NCBI GenBank assembly: GCA_947597925.1
Contig: CANQFA010000008.1
Location: 1,449-65,448, forward strand
DNA: 64,000 nucleotides
Reading direction: 5' to 3'
DNA from: an uncultured Clostridia bacterium
Lineage (GTDB): Bacteria > Bacillota > Clostridia > Christensenellales > Borkfalkiaceae
Shown: piece by piece, positions 35,319 to 46,100 of the stretch
How positions within the stretch are numbered: the first letter of the stretch is position 1
How the letters are laid out: every line of letters starts with the position of its first letter
Position numbers and translations under genes: made by a program
Notes under the pieces: generated by a model
Seen by the model: only the letters and a program-made list of their open reading frames with translations
Told to the model about the DNA's origin: nothing
Database searches by the model: none

Positions 35319-35993
35319 TCAGGCGAAATATTCCCCCGCGTTGAGGACGGAAAAGGCGAGGGCCACCTCGAGATAGCGGACATCTTTGGGAAAGAGGAGG
35401 TCCTCGCTCAGCTCCCGCGCCCGTCTCGCCTCTTGGAGGAGCTCGGCATTCCAGAGCCCGAAGGCGCCCTCCCCGTTGTCTTCCGCAAGCCCCGTGAGCG
35501 TCTTCGCGACCCCGAGAAGGCGCGCCCGCGCCTCCTCTTGCCCGAAGTCGAGCCGCTCGAGCCCATTTGCCGTATCATAGAGAAGGCGGGCACAGCTGTC
35601 GAGGGTGCGGGCATTTGCCTCGATGCGCGCTCTCTCCTTTCCGTCCCGAAGGGGAAAGGGCTCCGTCCTCCTCTCGATGACGCGCACAAATACCCCTCTT
35701 TCGGACATGGTATGGGCAACGAAGGTCGCATCGGCCTCTTCGAAGTAACACGCGAGCACGACGGCCCCCTCCTCTTCCCAGAGATATCCCGCCCCGCCCG
35801 CGGCATAACTTTCGCCCGAGACGGCGCCCGCGGTCGTGCTCTCGCAGTCGCGCACGAGAAAATAGTAGCAGAGGCCCGCGTCGACTTTCGCCCCCGCAGA
35901 GCCGAAGACGCCCGCGAAGAAGGTGATGAGAAGGATGAAGAGAAAGCATGCGGCGGAGAGGACGGATCCGCCGCGCGGAAGGCGGAATTTCAT
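35319..35993 (-). CDS. Membrane-anchored hypothetical protein (possible SPOR-like domain)
   Basis: MKFRLPRGGSVLSAACFLFILLITFFAGVF TM anchor. The start is uncertain (poor SD spacing). Confidence 0.5.
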   Translation of the reverse strand: MKFRLPRGGSVLSAACFLFILLITFFAGVFGSAGAKVDAGLCYYFLVRDCESTTAGAVSGESYAAGGAGYLWEEEGAVVLACYFEEADATFVAHTMSERGVFVRVIERRTEPFPLRDGKERARIEANARTLDSCARLLYDTANGLERLDFGQEEARARLLGVAKTLTGLAEDNGEGAFGLWNAELLQEARRARELSEDLLFPKDVRYLEVALAFSVLNAGEYFA

Positions 35994-36104
35994 ACTCCAT
36001 CTTATGCATCGGCGGTGCCCCGATATGAGGCCGCGCTTGACAAGCCAGCCCGTTTGCGCTATAATGAATGCACGGCCCGAAGAGGCCGCGCCAAAGGAGG
36101 CTCC

Positions 36105-38597
36105 ATGAAAGATCTCACAGTCCCCGACCGCATCCTCGTCCGCGGCGGAAACGTGCACAACTTAAAGCACATCGACGTCGATATCCCCCTCCATGAGATC
36201 GTGGGGATCGCGGGCGTCTCGGGCTCGGGGAAGTCCTCCCTTGCGCTGGGCATTCTCTATGCGGAGGGCTCGCGGCGCTATCTCGAGTCCCTCTCCACCT
36301 ATACGCGGCGGAGGATGACGCAGGCGGAGCGGGCGCAAGTCGATGAGGTCCTCTATGTCCCCGCGGCGTTGGCGCTCAGGCAGCGGCCGGGCGTCCCCGG
36401 CATCCGCAGCACCTTCGGCACGGGCACCGAACTTCTGAACAGCCTTCGGCTCATGTATTCCCGTCTCGCCTCTCACCGCTGTCCGAACGGGCACTATCTC
36501 GCCCCCTCCCTCCGCGTGGCGGCGGGCGACGACCTCCTCTGCCCCGTCTGCGACACGCGCTTCTTCGCCCCCGGCGCCGAGGAGCTCGCCTTCAACAGTC
36601 AGGGGGCATGTCAGCGGTGCGACGGCACGGGCATCGTCCGCATCGTCGACGAGTCCACCCTCGTACCCGATGACTCCCTCACCATAGACGAGGGCGCGGT
36701 CGCGCCCTGGCAGACCCTGATGTGGTCGCTCATGAAGGACATCGCCCGCGCCATGGGCGTGCGCACCGACGTCCCCTTCCGCGACCTCACCGATAAGGAA
36801 AAGGACATTGTATTTCACGGGCCCGCGGTCAAGAAGAAGATCATCTATCAAAATAAGACGAGCGGCGCGGCGGGCGACATGGACTTTACCTATTTCAATG
36901 CCACCTACACCGTGGAAAATGCCCTCTCCAAGGTCAAGGATGAAAAGGGCATGAAGCGGGTGGAAAAATTTCTCCGCCGCGACATCTGCCCCGACTGCGG
37001 CGGGACCCGCCTCTCGGAGGCGGCACGCGCGCCCAAACTGCGCGGCATCTCCCTCGCCGAGGCCTGCACCATGACGCTCGCCGAACTCTCGGAGTGGGTC
37101 GAAGGAGTTCCCGCCTCCCTTCCCGAGGAGATGCGGCCCATGGCGGAGAGCATCTGCGCCTCCTTCCGTGACGGCGCGCGGCGGCTCATCGATTTGGGAC
37201 TCTCCTACCTCACCCTCGACCGCGCGGCCTCCACCCTCTCCACAGGGGAGAGACAGCGCATGCAGCTCGCGCGGGCAGTCCGCAACCGCACCACGGGGGT
37301 GCTCTATGTCCTCGATGAGCCCTCCATTGGCCTCCACCCCTCCAATCTCGAAGGACTCAAGGGGGTCATGGACGACCTCATCGCCGACGGAAACACCGTC
37401 GTCCTCGTCGACCACGACACCAATGTCCTCCTGCACTGCGACCATCTTATCGAGCTCGGTCCCGAGGCGGGCGCGGGCGGAGGGCACATCATCGCGCAGG
37501 GCACCCTCGAGGAGGTGGAAAGATGTCCCACCTCACGGATCGGCGGCTTCCTCTCGGGAAGGGAGATGATAGGGCACCCCTCTTACCTCTCGCCCGAGGA
37601 ACTCTTCGCAGACGGCAGCATCCTCCTCTCGACGGAGAAGATCCACACGGTAAGTCCCCTCACCGTCCGCTTCCCGAAGGGGCGGCTCACCGTCGTCACG
37701 GGGGTCTCCGGCTCGGGCAAGACGACGATGGTCCTCGAGAGCCTCGTGCCCGCGCTCGAAGCCTCCATTAAGGGCATGCCCCTCCCGTCGCACGTCAAGA
37801 GCATCTCTGCGGAGGGAATTGCGCGGGTCAAACTCATCGACTCCGCGCCCATCGGCGTGAATGTGCGCTCCACGGTGGCGACGTATGCCGACGTCCACGA
37901 CGAGCTGCGCAAGGTCTTCGCGAAGACTCCCGACGCGCGGAAATACGGGTACAAGGAGGGCGACTTCTCCTATAATACGGGCAAGCTCCGCTGTCCCACC
38001 TGCGACGGCACGGGGACGGTCAGTCTCGACGTGCAATTTCTGCCCGACGTGGAGATCCCCTGCCCCGACTGCGGCGGCGCGCGCTATGCGAAGGAGGCAA
38101 GCCTCGTCAGGCGTCCTTCCGGCGGGAAAGAATTTTCCCTCCCCGAACTCATGGCCATGAGCATCGACGAGGCTCTCGACGCGTGTGCCGACCTCCCCCT
38201 CGTCGCGCGGCGGCTCACCGTGCTCAAAGAGCTGGGGCTGGGCTACCTCACCCTCGGCGAGGAGACACCCGGGCTCTCGGGCGGCGAGGCACAGCGGCTC
38301 AAGCTCGCGAGCGAGATGGGCAAGGGGCAGGGCGACGCCGTCTTTGTCTTCGATGAACCCACCATCGGGCTCCATCCCCTCGACGTCGAGGTCCTCCTGC
38401 GGGTCTTCTCCCGCCTCATCGAGAGAGGCGCCACCGTCATCGTCATAGAGCATGACCTCGACGTCATAAAAAATGCCGACTATGTCGTCGATATGGGCCC
38501 GGGCGGAGGCGTCCTCGGCGGGAAGATCGTCGCGGCGGGCACCCCGCAGGAGATCGTAAAAAATGAGGAAAGCATCACGGGGCGGTACTTAAAATAG
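36105..38597 (+). CDS. UvrA-like ABC ATPase, short (class II) paralogue of 830 aa
   Basis: AAAGGAGG SD and ATG at 36105. GVSGSGKSSLA and GVSGSGKTTM Walker A motifs, LSGGEAQR signature, Zn modules CPxC...CxxCxGxG. About 110 aa shorter than canonical UvrA. The 224-aa N-terminal extension in the track is rejected. Confidence 0.85.
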   Translation: MKDLTVPDRILVRGGNVHNLKHIDVDIPLHEIVGIAGVSGSGKSSLALGILYAEGSRRYLESLSTYTRRRMTQAERAQVDEVLYVPAALALRQRPGVPGIRSTFGTGTELLNSLRLMYSRLASHRCPNGHYLAPSLRVAAGDDLLCPVCDTRFFAPGAEELAFNSQGACQRCDGTGIVRIVDESTLVPDDSLTIDEGAVAPWQTLMWSLMKDIARAMGVRTDVPFRDLTDKEKDIVFHGPAVKKKIIYQNKTSGAAGDMDFTYFNATYTVENALSKVKDEKGMKRVEKFLRRDICPDCGGTRLSEAARAPKLRGISLAEACTMTLAELSEWVEGVPASLPEEMRPMAESICASFRDGARRLIDLGLSYLTLDRAASTLSTGERQRMQLARAVRNRTTGVLYVLDEPSIGLHPSNLEGLKGVMDDLIADGNTVVLVDHDTNVLLHCDHLIELGPEAGAGGGHIIAQGTLEEVERCPTSRIGGFLSGREMIGHPSYLSPEELFADGSILLSTEKIHTVSPLTVRFPKGRLTVVTGVSGSGKTTMVLESLVPALEASIKGMPLPSHVKSISAEGIARVKLIDSAPIGVNVRSTVATYADVHDELRKVFAKTPDARKYGYKEGDFSYNTGKLRCPTCDGTGTVSLDVQFLPDVEIPCPDCGGARYAKEASLVRRPSGGKEFSLPELMAMSIDEALDACADLPLVARRLTVLKELGLGYLTLGEETPGLSGGEAQRLKLASEMGKGQGDAVFVFDEPTIGLHPLDVEVLLRVFSRLIERGATVIVIEHDLDVIKNADYVVDMGPGGGVLGGKIVAAGTPQEIVKNEESITGRYLK

Positions 38598-38644
38598 AGA
38601 TATGGGGTACGAAAACGGGACGGAAATTTCCGCCCCGTCATTTT

Positions 38645-39829
38645 TTATATCCGTCTTCTGAGCAGGTCTCCCGCCTGAAGCGGCACCTCGGAAGAAAAGG
38701 TGTACTCCCCCTGCACAAGCTTGGCGTCCCCGCAGGGGCCGTCTCTTCCCGCGAGGCCCTGTACCTCCACCTTGGTCCCCAAGGGGAGGGTAGGGGAAAG
38801 CACCTCGAGCACATCTCCCTCGTGGAAGCGGGAGCGCATCTCGACCCGCGCCCTGCCGTCCTCATATCCCCTGACGACGGCGATGAACTCGCAGCTCCCC
38901 GCCTTCTGCGACTCCCGAGAGGACATCGTGTCCTCCCCTTCGCCGAAGGCATAGGCGGTCGTATATTCCCTGTGCGTGATCGTCTCGAGTTCGGCCGCGA
39001 GTTCTTCCGACCACCCCATGTCCAAGATACGGCGATAGCAATTGACCACCGTCGCGAGATAGTATTCGCTCTTCATGCGCCCCTCGATCTTAAAGGAGGA
39101 GACGCCCGCCGAGGTCATTTCGCCGAGATGGCGCGACATATTGAGGTCGCGGCTGTTGAGGAGGTACACGCCGCGCCCGTCCTCTTCGGCGGAAAGCCAC
39201 TCCTCTGTCCCCTCGGGGCGCACCTCGTAGCGCGCGCGGCAGGGCTGGGAGCAGGCACCGCGGTTGGCGCTTCGCCCCGTCAGAGCCTCCGAGAGATAGC
39301 ATCTGCCGCTGTAAGAGATGCACATGGCGCCGTGGACAAAGGCCTCGAGCTCGACCTCGGGCAGGGCGGCATGGATCTCCTCGATCTCTCTCAGGCTCAC
39401 CTCGCGCGCGAGCACCACGCGGGAGGCACCGAGCTCCCTCCACATGGCGACCGCCTCGCGGTTCATGGTGTTTGCCTGCGTGGAGATGTGCGCGGGAAGG
39501 GAGGGTGCGGTGCGGCGCAGGAGGCGGAAGACGCCGAGGTCGGACACGAGCACGCCGTCGGCGCCCAGCCGCGCAAGGAGGCGGAAATAGTCCTCGAGCG
39601 CGGCAAAGTCTTCGTTGCGCGCGAAGATATTTGCCGCGACATAGACCTTCCTCCCGCGGGCATGGGCATAGGCAATGCCCTCCGCAAGCTCCTCGTCGGT
39701 GAAGTTCGCGGCATAGCTTCGCAGGGAAAAGGACTTGCCGCCGAGGTACACCGCATCGGCGCCGAAGCGAAGGGCGAGTCTGAGTTTTTCGGGATTGCCC
39801 GCAGGGGCGAGCAGTTCGGGCTTTTTCAT
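38645..39829 (-). CDS. Peptidase U32 family protein (TrhP/YrrO-like)
   Basis: MKKPELLAPAGNPEKLRLALRFGADAVYLGG... typical U32 N-terminus. Confidence 0.85.
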   Translation of the reverse strand: MKKPELLAPAGNPEKLRLALRFGADAVYLGGKSFSLRSYAANFTDEELAEGIAYAHARGRKVYVAANIFARNEDFAALEDYFRLLARLGADGVLVSDLGVFRLLRRTAPSLPAHISTQANTMNREAVAMWRELGASRVVLAREVSLREIEEIHAALPEVELEAFVHGAMCISYSGRCYLSEALTGRSANRGACSQPCRARYEVRPEGTEEWLSAEEDGRGVYLLNSRDLNMSRHLGEMTSAGVSSFKIEGRMKSEYYLATVVNCYRRILDMGWSEELAAELETITHREYTTAYAFGEGEDTMSSRESQKAGSCEFIAVVRGYEDGRARVEMRSRFHEGDVLEVLSPTLPLGTKVEVQGLAGRDGPCGDAKLVQGEYTFSSEVPLQAGDLLRRRI

Positions 39830-40401
39830 CGCAGCTTCTTGCTCACGGCGAGGCCTTCGCCGTATTCATAGTACTCCGTTTCAAAATCGGGATCGCCCTC
39901 GAGGAGGGCAAGGTATTCGCGGAGATGCTCCGCGAGCATGCGGCGCTTTTTGGGCGGCTCGCCGCGCACCCAGCCGTAGAGGAGGACGTCGTCCGAGAAG
40001 AGGAGGCCTCCCCTCCTTAAGAGCCGCTTGCAGTCCTCGAAATATCTGCGGTACTGCACCTTTGGCCCGTCGAGAAAGATGAGGTCGTACTCCCCCGTAA
40101 GGCGGGGCAGGATCTCGCCCGCATCCCCCTCCGAAACTTCGCCCAAAACTCCGAATTTTGCAAAGAGATCGCGGGCATGGGCGGCACGGACGCTGTCTTT
40201 TTCAATGGCGGTGACGCTTGCCCCCGTCTCCAGAAAGAGGGAGACCGCCGTGAGCCCTTCGCCCGCGCCGATCTCCAGATACCGCTTTGCGCCGATCTCT
40301 TTCGCCCGCTCGATGAGGAGCTCCAGCGTCTCGTCTGCGCAGGTGGGGTCGCGCCCCCTTTTCGCCTCCTCACGGAGGCGGGAGAGCTCTATTCGTCCCA
40401 T
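39826..40401 (-). CDS. Class I SAM-dependent O-methyltransferase (YrrM/TrmR-like)
   Basis: LEIGAGEGLTAVSL SAM motif and DLIFLDGPK. 4-bp overlap with the U32 gene, mirroring the yrrM-yrrN-yrrO arrangement in Bacillus. Confidence 0.75.
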   Translation of the reverse strand: MGRIELSRLREEAKRGRDPTCADETLELLIERAKEIGAKRYLEIGAGEGLTAVSLFLETGASVTAIEKDSVRAAHARDLFAKFGVLGEVSEGDAGEILPRLTGEYDLIFLDGPKVQYRRYFEDCKRLLRRGGLLFSDDVLLYGWVRGEPPKKRRMLAEHLREYLALLEGDPDFETEYYEYGEGLAVSKKLR

Positions 40402-41081
40402 GTCACTTGGCTCTCCGCGGCGCGTGCCTCGTAGTGCCTTCCGAGGATGCGGCTCACCGCGGGGAAGTCGGAACGGACCGCCGCCTGCGGCAGGGGCTCG
40501 TCATTTCCCGTCCTGTAGAGGCGATGGAAGATGGCGGCAAGCACCTCGAGCTGATCGCGGTAGATCTCGGCGTGGGCGCATTCCCTGCGGAATTCCTCAA
40601 ACTCCACGCGCGCGGTCTCCGTCTCTCCCCTGTCGAGGAGGATGAGGATATACGAATACGCCGTCATGTACTTCCATCCCTTGCCGCCGTTGTGGCGGAG
40701 GATGTCGATGTAGTGCTCCGCGGCGGGCAGGTCGTCGAGCGCCATATTCAGGACGATCTCCCACGAATATACCACGGTGCGCACGAGGAAGAAGAAGGGC
40801 CCGCGCATCTTCTTTTCGAGGAAGGTGCGCACCTCCTCGTACCGCTTCTCCCTGTAGGGCTTATCACATCCGATGTTGATGTCGTCAAGCAGGATGAGGC
40901 GGATGAAGATGAGGGTCAGAAAGAGGGCAACGAGGAGCAGAAGGACCCCGCAAAAGACATTGACCGCCTCCTCGGGCATGGTGAGAAGCCAGATGCCGAA
41001 CCCGAGAAAGACCGCCACCGAGAAGGGCGTGCCGAGATAGGCGATGAGATTGCGCTTGTATTCTTTGCGTTCGCGATTCAT
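40389..41081 (-). CDS. Hypothetical membrane protein (2 TM segments plus a cytoplasmic helical domain)
   Basis: 230-aa ORF with hydrophobic N-terminal segments. No family recognised. Confidence 0.55.
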   Translation of the reverse strand: MNRERKEYKRNLIAYLGTPFSVAVFLGFGIWLLTMPEEAVNVFCGVLLLLVALFLTLIFIRLILLDDINIGCDKPYREKRYEEVRTFLEKKMRGPFFFLVRTVVYSWEIVLNMALDDLPAAEHYIDILRHNGGKGWKYMTAYSYILILLDRGETETARVEFEEFRRECAHAEIYRDQLEVLAAIFHRLYRTGNDEPLPQAAVRSDFPAVSRILGRHYEARAAESQVTWDE

Positions 41082-41099
41082 GGAAACCTCCTTCCGAAG

Positions 41100-43019
41100 T
41101 CAGACCTCCGAGACGATCGGGACGATCATGGGCGACTGCTTGGTCTTTTTGAAGAGATAATTTTTGACGGCGCGGCGGATGGCATCTGTCAGATCCTCGC
41201 GGCTGCCCTTTTCGGAGGCGGCCTTTTCCACGATCTCCACGAGCTCGCGCATCGCCGTGTGCTGCTGTTCTTCGTCGGAAAAGACAAATCCCCTGCTCTC
41301 GATCACGGGCTCTCCGAGGAGGATGCCGCGGGAGAGAGTGACAGACACGATGAAGAGCCCCTCGCCCGACATGCGGATGCGGTCCTTCAGCACTTCGCTC
41401 GTCCCCATGTCCTCGAATCCGCTCCCGTCTATGAGCCGCGCGCCTGCGGGGAAGCTCTCGCCCTGTCTGAGCCCGTCGCCCGTCACCTCGACACAGGTGC
41501 CGATATCGGGGATAAAGGTCTCGTGCGGCTTCATGCCCATCTCCTGCGCAAGCAGGACATGGCGGCGAAGATGGCGGTATTCCCCATGCACGGGGATGAA
41601 AAATTTCGGGCGGAGGAGGGCGTGCATGATCTTGTGCTCCTCCTGGCAGGCGTGGCCCGAGACGTGGATCTTTTCGAGGCTCTCGTACACCACCTCGGCG
41701 CCCCGCTTCATGAGGTTATTGATGACCCTGTAGATCATGCGCTCGTTGCCCGGGATGGGGCTCGCGGAGATGATGATGGTGTCATTGGGACCGATGGTAA
41801 CTTTGTTGAATTCTCCCGCTGCCATGCGGGTGAGCGCGGACATGGGTTCCCCCTGTGAGCCCGTGGAGACGATGACGATCTCGCGGTCGAAATAATTTTT
41901 CGTCTTCTCGACGTCGATGAGCACGCCCTCGGGAATGGTGATCTCCCCGATCTTTGCCGCCGCATCGACGACGGAGAGCATGCTCCGCCCCGAGAGGGCG
42001 ACCTTTCTGCGGTGCTGTACGGCGATATCGATGATCTGCTGGAGGCGGTGCACATTGGAGGCGAAGGTGGCGATGATGATCCGCCTGTCCGCATGCTCGG
42101 CGAAGAGGTGTGAGAGCGTCGTGCCGACCACCTTTTCACTCATGGTGAAGCCGGGACGCTCGATGTTGGTGGATTCGCCGAGGTAGAGGAGGACCCCCCG
42201 CTTGCCGTACTCGGCGATCTCGGCGAGGTCGATGGGACTGCCCGCGACGGGCGTCAGGTCTATCTTGAAGTCTCCGCTGTGGAAGATGATGCCGTAGGGC
42301 GTCTCCACGGCGAGCGCCGTCGCCCCCGCGATGGAGTGATTGACATTGACGATGTCCACGGTAAAGACTCCCGCCTTGATGCGGTCCTTGGGGCGGACGG
42401 TCATGAGGCGGACATTATTTAAGCGGTGCTCGCGCAGCTTATTGTCCACGAGGGCGAGCGTGAGGCGGGTGCCGTAGACGGGGGTGGCGGGGTCGAGCTC
42501 CTTCATGAGATAGGGCACGCCGCCGATGTGGTCCTCGTGCCCGTGCGTCAGGAAGACGCCGCGGATCTTCTTCTTGTTCTCGACGAGATAGGTGATGTCG
42601 GGGAAGACGAGATCAATGCCCGGCATCTCCTCGGTCGGAAAGATGATGCCCGCATCGATGACGATGATGTCGTTTTCATACTCGATGGCGGTCATATTCT
42701 TCCCGATCTCCCCCACCCCGCCGAAGAAGAGCACCTTGACGGGACGGGCCCGCTTCCCGCGCTTCCCCTCCTCGGGTTTTGCGGGCTTTTGGGGCTTTGC
42801 CTGTTTCACGGGCTTTGCGGGCTTTTGGAGCTTTGCCGATTTCACGGGGCTTGAGTCCTTTGCGGATCTTATGGTCTTTGCGCTCTTGCCCCCCTCGGGT
42901 GTCTTGGGGGCAGCCTTTTGGGCACGCGTGCCCTTCTTTTCGCGGCGGTATGCCTCGAGCCCATTCAGGATGGCGAGCTCGACGGCGCTTTCGTTGGTCT
43001 TTTTCGGTTTCTTATTCAA
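41100..43019 (-). CDS. rnj: Ribonuclease J with an N-terminal Lys/Pro-rich extension of about 95 aa
   Basis: FFGGVGEIGKNM, LTHGHEDHIGG metallo-beta-lactamase motif, beta-CASP-like core. Confidence 0.9.
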   Translation of the reverse strand: MNKKPKKTNESAVELAILNGLEAYRREKKGTRAQKAAPKTPEGGKSAKTIRSAKDSSPVKSAKLQKPAKPVKQAKPQKPAKPEEGKRGKRARPVKVLFFGGVGEIGKNMTAIEYENDIIVIDAGIIFPTEEMPGIDLVFPDITYLVENKKKIRGVFLTHGHEDHIGGVPYLMKELDPATPVYGTRLTLALVDNKLREHRLNNVRLMTVRPKDRIKAGVFTVDIVNVNHSIAGATALAVETPYGIIFHSGDFKIDLTPVAGSPIDLAEIAEYGKRGVLLYLGESTNIERPGFTMSEKVVGTTLSHLFAEHADRRIIIATFASNVHRLQQIIDIAVQHRRKVALSGRSMLSVVDAAAKIGEITIPEGVLIDVEKTKNYFDREIVIVSTGSQGEPMSALTRMAAGEFNKVTIGPNDTIIISASPIPGNERMIYRVINNLMKRGAEVVYESLEKIHVSGHACQEEHKIMHALLRPKFFIPVHGEYRHLRRHVLLAQEMGMKPHETFIPDIGTCVEVTGDGLRQGESFPAGARLIDGSGFEDMGTSEVLKDRIRMSGEGLFIVSVTLSRGILLGEPVIESRGFVFSDEEQQHTAMRELVEIVEKAASEKGSREDLTDAIRRAVKNYLFKKTKQSPMIVPIVSEV

Positions 43020-43109
43020 ATGATACTCCTTGTCTTGTCACAAATTTCGGCCCTTTAAGAAAACGGGAGAGCCGTAACCCGACTCTCCGCGTCTTTTCGG
43101 AATGTAGCG

Positions 43110-46100
43110 TCAGAAATCCAGATCGGACTTCTCGACGATCGCAGTCTTGATGAGTCCTTCGGCGAGGAGCTCGTCTTCGCTGCGATAAGCGAACTGTGCC
43201 GCATAGTCCACCTGCTCGATCTCCTCCTTGACGGCGCCGAGACGCTCCATGAGGAGCTCCACGAGACGAAGAGTGCGCTTGAGGGCGACATGGCTCTTGA
43301 CCTTCATCATGAGCGGGGTGCGCTCGTACATCTTGGTGTCGCCCGCGTACTTCTGGTGATACACGGTGTCGGGGAATTCGTCGGGATTGAGGGCGAGATA
43401 GACGCACAGGGTCTTGCCGCGCACGCCGATCTTGGCGATCGTCTCGTTGTTATAGGCGAAGCGGTCATTGGACCAGTTGACCTGCGAGGTGATGTTCGTG
43501 TAGGACAGGAAGGCGTTCTTGAGGGCGCTGTAGGTCTCCTTTACGCTCTCCTCACTCTCGATGATCTTGGCGGTGAAGCTTCTCTTATAGCGGGTCGTGA
43601 GTTCGGCCTCTGCGACGGGCTCGCCGACTTCGGGTTCTTCGGCGACGGCCTCGGCGGGAGCGATCTCCTCGACGACTTCGGCGGGTGCCTCCTCAGCGGC
43701 CTCCTCGACGGGAGCGGGCTCTTCGGCAGGCGCTTCCTCCTCGACGGGAGCGGGCTCTTCGGCCGCGGTGAGTTCCTCTTCTACAGGGGCGGGTGCGGGC
43801 TCTTCGGCGGGTGCGGGCTCCTCGGTCTCAAGCTCGGCAAGGCGCTGTTCGAGGGCGTGCAGTCTCTCCTCGAGCGCGGCCTGCTCGGCGGCCTGCTCGG
43901 CAGCCTTCTCTTCGGCGATGCGGGCAGCCTCGGCCTCTTCTTCGGCCTTCTTTGCAGCTTCCTCTTCGGCGGCGATGCGGGCTGCCTCTTCTTCGGCGGC
44001 CTTCTGTGCGGCCTCCTCTTCCTCGGCCTTCTTCTGCTCTTCGGCGATCTCGGCGAGCTTCTGCTCTACGAGACGATTGACTCTCTCCTCTTCGGCGATA
44101 CGGGCAGCTTCGGCCTCTTCCTCTGCCTTGCGGGCGGCCTCCTCTTCGGCGGCCTTCTGCGCGGCTTCTTCTTCGGCGGCAATGCGAGCTGCCTCTTCCT
44201 CGGCCGCTTTCTGTGCGGCTTCCTCTTCGGCGGCCTTTCTCTGCTCTTCGGCGATCTCTGCGAGCTTCTGCTCTACGAGACGATTGACTCTCTCTTCTTC
44301 GGCGATGCGGGCGGCTTCGGCCTCCTCTTCTGCCTTACGGGCGGCCTCTTCCTCGGCGGCGATACGGGCAGCTTCGGCCTCCTCCTCTGCCTTCTTCTGC
44401 TCTTCGGCGGCCTTGCGTCTCTCCTCTACGAGGTCGGCGACTCTGACCGCAAAGGCTTCCTTGGCGATTTCGTCCTCTTCGGCCTTCTTCGCAGCCTCCT
44501 CTTCGGCGGCGATGCGGGCGGCTTCGGCTTCCTCTTCGGCGATGCGGGCGGCTTCGGCCTCCTCTTCTGCCTTACGGGCGGCTTCTTCCTCCTCGGCGAT
44601 GCGCGCGGCCTCGGCTTCTTCTGCCTTGCGGGCAGCCTCTTCTTCGGCGGCCTTCGCGGCAGCTTCCTTTTCGGCGGCCTTCTTCGCCTCTTCGGCGGCG
44701 AGGCGCTTCTCTTCCACGATCTCGGCTACCTTCTCCGCGAGGGTCTGATAGTCGATCTCTTCCTTCTCTTCGACGGGACGTGCCGCCATCTCTTCGGCGA
44801 GCTTCACGGCCTCGGCCTCTTCGTCGGCCTTGCGCTTCTCGTCCACGATCTCGGCGACGCGCTGAGCGAGGCCCTCGTAGTCGAAGGTATCCTCTTCCTC
44901 GACGGGCTCCTCGGCTGCGGTCTCCTCGACTTCCGCCTCGGCGCATGCGGCGCACTTTGCGGTGAGGAACTCCACCACCTTCTCGGCGATGGCATCCACG
45001 CCCTCTTCATCGACGCTCAGGTCGAAGCGACGCTCCATGGCTGCTGCCACGGAATCGGTGATCTCGGGCACAACTTCGCGGACATCGTCGGCGACATGGA
45101 GCATCTCGACGACCGTGTCGGCAACTTCCGCCGCCGTGAGCTCTTCGTTTGCCTTCGGCAATTTCTCGAGAATGATCTCGGCAGCTTCCTGCGCGATCTC
45201 TCTGTAATCGGTGATCTCGTTGATGGCCTTTGCGAGCTTGTCGTAGTCGATGGGATCGACGGGAACGGGCTCCTCGGCAACTTCCTCTGCGGTCTCTTCC
45301 ACGACTTCCTCGGCAGCTTCCTCGGCGACGGGCTCCTCTGCAACTTCCTCGGTGGCCTCCTCGGCGGGCTCGGTCTCGACCTCCTCCACCGTGAGTTCGT
45401 CGAGCTTGGCGCTGATGGCGTCGATCTTCTCGTCGAGGGTCCCGTTGAGCTCTTCCTTGAAGGACTCGAGGCGCTCCTCGTACTGCTTGCCCTGCGCCTC
45501 GAGGCTGTCGGTGACCGCCGCCTCGTGTGCGGAGAGCTTCTCGTCGATGATCTGCTCGATCTCGTGGGTATCCACGGGCTCGCTTGCATTGGCCTTGATG
45601 AGGGTGGACTGCTCGTCGAGGATGTCGAGAACTTCCTGACGGAAGTCGGCGAACTCCTTCCTGAGGTCGTCCTTGCTCTCGCCCTTGGCATCGTAGTGAA
45701 GGTCTTCGAGATCCTCAATGGCCTCCACGATCTCCTCGGTGCGCTGTTCGAAGCGCTTGGAGAGACGGCCTTCGAGGCCGGCAAAGCCCTCGCCGCTCTT
45801 CAGGTCGCGGCGGACGACGGCGAGCCCTTCCACGAGCTGCGTCCTGACAAAGTGCGCAAGCTGGTTGGTACGGTCCTTGACCACGCCGGTGAGGGCCTCT
45901 TTCAGTCCCTTGTTTTCCGCCTTGAGCGACTCAACCTCTTTCTTGAGCGCCTCGAAGTTGGCGCCGAACTGCTTCGAGAGACACTTCACTTCGAAGATGG
46001 CCTCGCTGAGCGCCTCTTTCAGGTCGCCGTTTGCCGCCTCCTGCTTCTTCAGCTCCGCGCTCACGGACGTCTTGAGTTCCGCGATGTTTTTGTTGACATC

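Noticed and set aside
35433-36104. N-terminal 224 codons attached to the UvrA-like ORF in the track. Similar long N-terminal extensions occur on asnS (58161-58607), glnN (32353-32469), the hydrolase (28621-28803), VanW, PHP, clpB, topA and hslU
   Set aside because: In each case a later ATG or GTG has a good SD or an ATGA/GTGA overlap with the upstream stop, and it begins the recognisable conserved N-terminus. The extensions overlap neighbouring genes or promoters.
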